This document shows positions 35,712 through 36,887 of a DNA stretch of 36,887 nucleotides, one piece after another. The position numbers were made by a program, and so were the translations under genes. Below the pieces are notes generated by a model that had not been told where the DNA came from, ran no database searches, and worked only from the letters and a program-made list of their open reading frames with translations. The stretch covers positions 1 to 36,887 of IMG/VR virus record IMGVR_UViG_3300048599_000798; one strand, written 5' to 3'. This DNA comes from a virus. Lineage: Duplodnaviria; Caudoviricetes. Numbering within the stretch: position 1 is the first letter of the stretch; each line of letters opens with the position of its first letter.

Positions 35712-36887
35712 ATGAAAGGCTCCAAAACTAAACGTGGGGAAAATTCATGGTTAATCAGAATTTATGACGGGGTAGACCCTGAGACTGGAAAGAAAAAATA
35801 TATTCCCGAAACTTTTCACGGAACTGGAGACGAAGCTGACAATCGAATTCATGAAATTATTGCTGACCTAACCCGGGGAGAATACATTGACCCATCAAAA
35901 ATAACTTTTTATGAATTCCTGGTTACTCGGTGGCTGCCGGCCGTCAAGGCTAATGATAGTGATGGTACTTATAAAGAATACCAAATGATTGTGACTAAGC
36001 ATATAAAAAATGATTCAATAGCCAGGGTCATTTTGACCAAAGTAGAACTACAACACATTGAGGATTATAAGATAAGAAAATTAAACTCACCGCGGCTCGA
36101 TGGGAAAAAAGATAAAGACGGTAAACCGTTAAATTTATCTCCCAAAACGGTTAAAAATCATATTATAGCAATTAAAGCTGCTTTCGTTTATGCCTGTAAA
36201 CTTCGGGTATTAAAATATAATCCGGCCCAATACGCTGAATTCCCTTATGTTCCCAAGTATAAGGCAAAGACTTGGACCGAAGAACAGGCAGCTCGTTTCC
36301 TTGATGTTGCTTTTTATGACCGATTTTATTTTCTATTTCTTCTGGCGATATTTTATAGTAAACGAAAGGGAGAACTTAGAGGAATTAGAATTCCGGATGT
36401 TGATTTAGACAACCTTACAATGATGGTATGGAGATCTGTCAGAAACTCAGGTTATTCGGCACAATTTAAAGATACAAAAACAGATGAAAGTGAGCAGCTG
36501 CTAGAACTTGAAGAATGGATGATTCCGTTTTTTAAACGGGAATTTGCGGACAGAGCAGCTGAAAAGTTGAAATATGGGGAAGGTTATAGCAATAATCAAT
36601 TAGTGTTTGCTTCATTTAATGGTAATCCAGTTAAAGAGCGAACTTTGGACGAGCATTACAAGAAAATAATAGATCGATCCGGGGTTCCTGAAATACGATT
36701 TCACGATTTGCGGCATACATGTATAACTATTATGCTAAAAAGAGGTTGGAGTTTAAAACATGCTCAAACAAGGGCAGCACATGCAAGCATAAAGACAACA
36801 GGAGATACTTACGGGCATGTAACGCCAACTATGCAGCGTGATGTAAATAAGGACATGACAAAGGCTCTAAGAATTAAAACTAAATAA
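35712..36887 (+). CDS. int: Tyrosine recombinase / phage integrase
   Basis: R.GE box, KT, FHDLRHT, H....T...YGH. Confidence 0.96.
   Translation: MKGSKTKRGENSWLIRIYDGVDPETGKKKYIPETFHGTGDEADNRIHEIIADLTRGEYIDPSKITFYEFLVTRWLPAVKANDSDGTYKEYQMIVTKHIKNDSIARVILTKVELQHIEDYKIRKLNSPRLDGKKDKDGKPLNLSPKTVKNHIIAIKAAFVYACKLRVLKYNPAQYAEFPYVPKYKAKTWTEEQAARFLDVAFYDRFYFLFLLAIFYSKRKGELRGIRIPDVDLDNLTMMVWRSVRNSGYSAQFKDTKTDESEQLLELEEWMIPFFKREFADRAAEKLKYGEGYSNNQLVFASFNGNPVKERTLDEHYKKIIDRSGVPEIRFHDLRHTCITIMLKRGWSLKHAQTRAAHASIKTTGDTYGHVTPTMQRDVNKDMTKALRIKTK

Larger units (their letters stand above)
1..36887. mobile_element. Temperate phage/prophage with lambda-like head and P2-like contractile tail
   Basis: Integrase, lysogeny switch, replication, late activator, terminase-portal-protease-capsid, sheath/tube/baseplate/fibre and lysis modules in canonical order; att sites not visible. 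Confidence 0.96.

Noticed and set aside
1-36887. attL/attR sites and tRNA genes
   Set aside because: The window begins and ends exactly at stop codons; no terminal direct repeat or tRNA cloverleaf recognised

Overview
The window appears to be most or all of a ~37 kb temperate phage (prophage); no att sites or flanking host genes are visible. It has a lambda-like head (gpA-type terminase, portal, ClpP protease, gpD, gpE) and a P2/Mu-like contractile tail. From right to left: tyrosine integrase, Zn-finger protein, ImmA/IrrE-type protease and CI/Cro switch; an early operon (antirepressor, excisionase-like protein, small paralogs, primase-helicase with an iteron-like repeat cluster); RinA-like late activator; morons; packaging, head and tail genes; lysis cassette; hicAB; and a left-end accessory cassette. 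Strong SD and sigma-A signals suggest Bacillota, and two proteins with outer-membrane-type C-termini suggest a diderm host (inference). Highlights not in the ORF track: (1) a hammerhead ribozyme and a degenerate twister-like motif between a 58-aa ORF and a secreted beta-barrel-like gene, opposite an XRE regulator; (2) a 58-aa double CCHC zinc-knuckle gene inside the tail operon; (3) a frameshift-split, spanin-position protein with an N-terminal TM and C-terminal beta-signal; (4) a -1 frameshift in the tail chaperone; (5) an ImmA-like paralog lacking HExxH. All family assignments come from motif recognition and synteny, not database searches. Many starts were adjusted to the best RBS.
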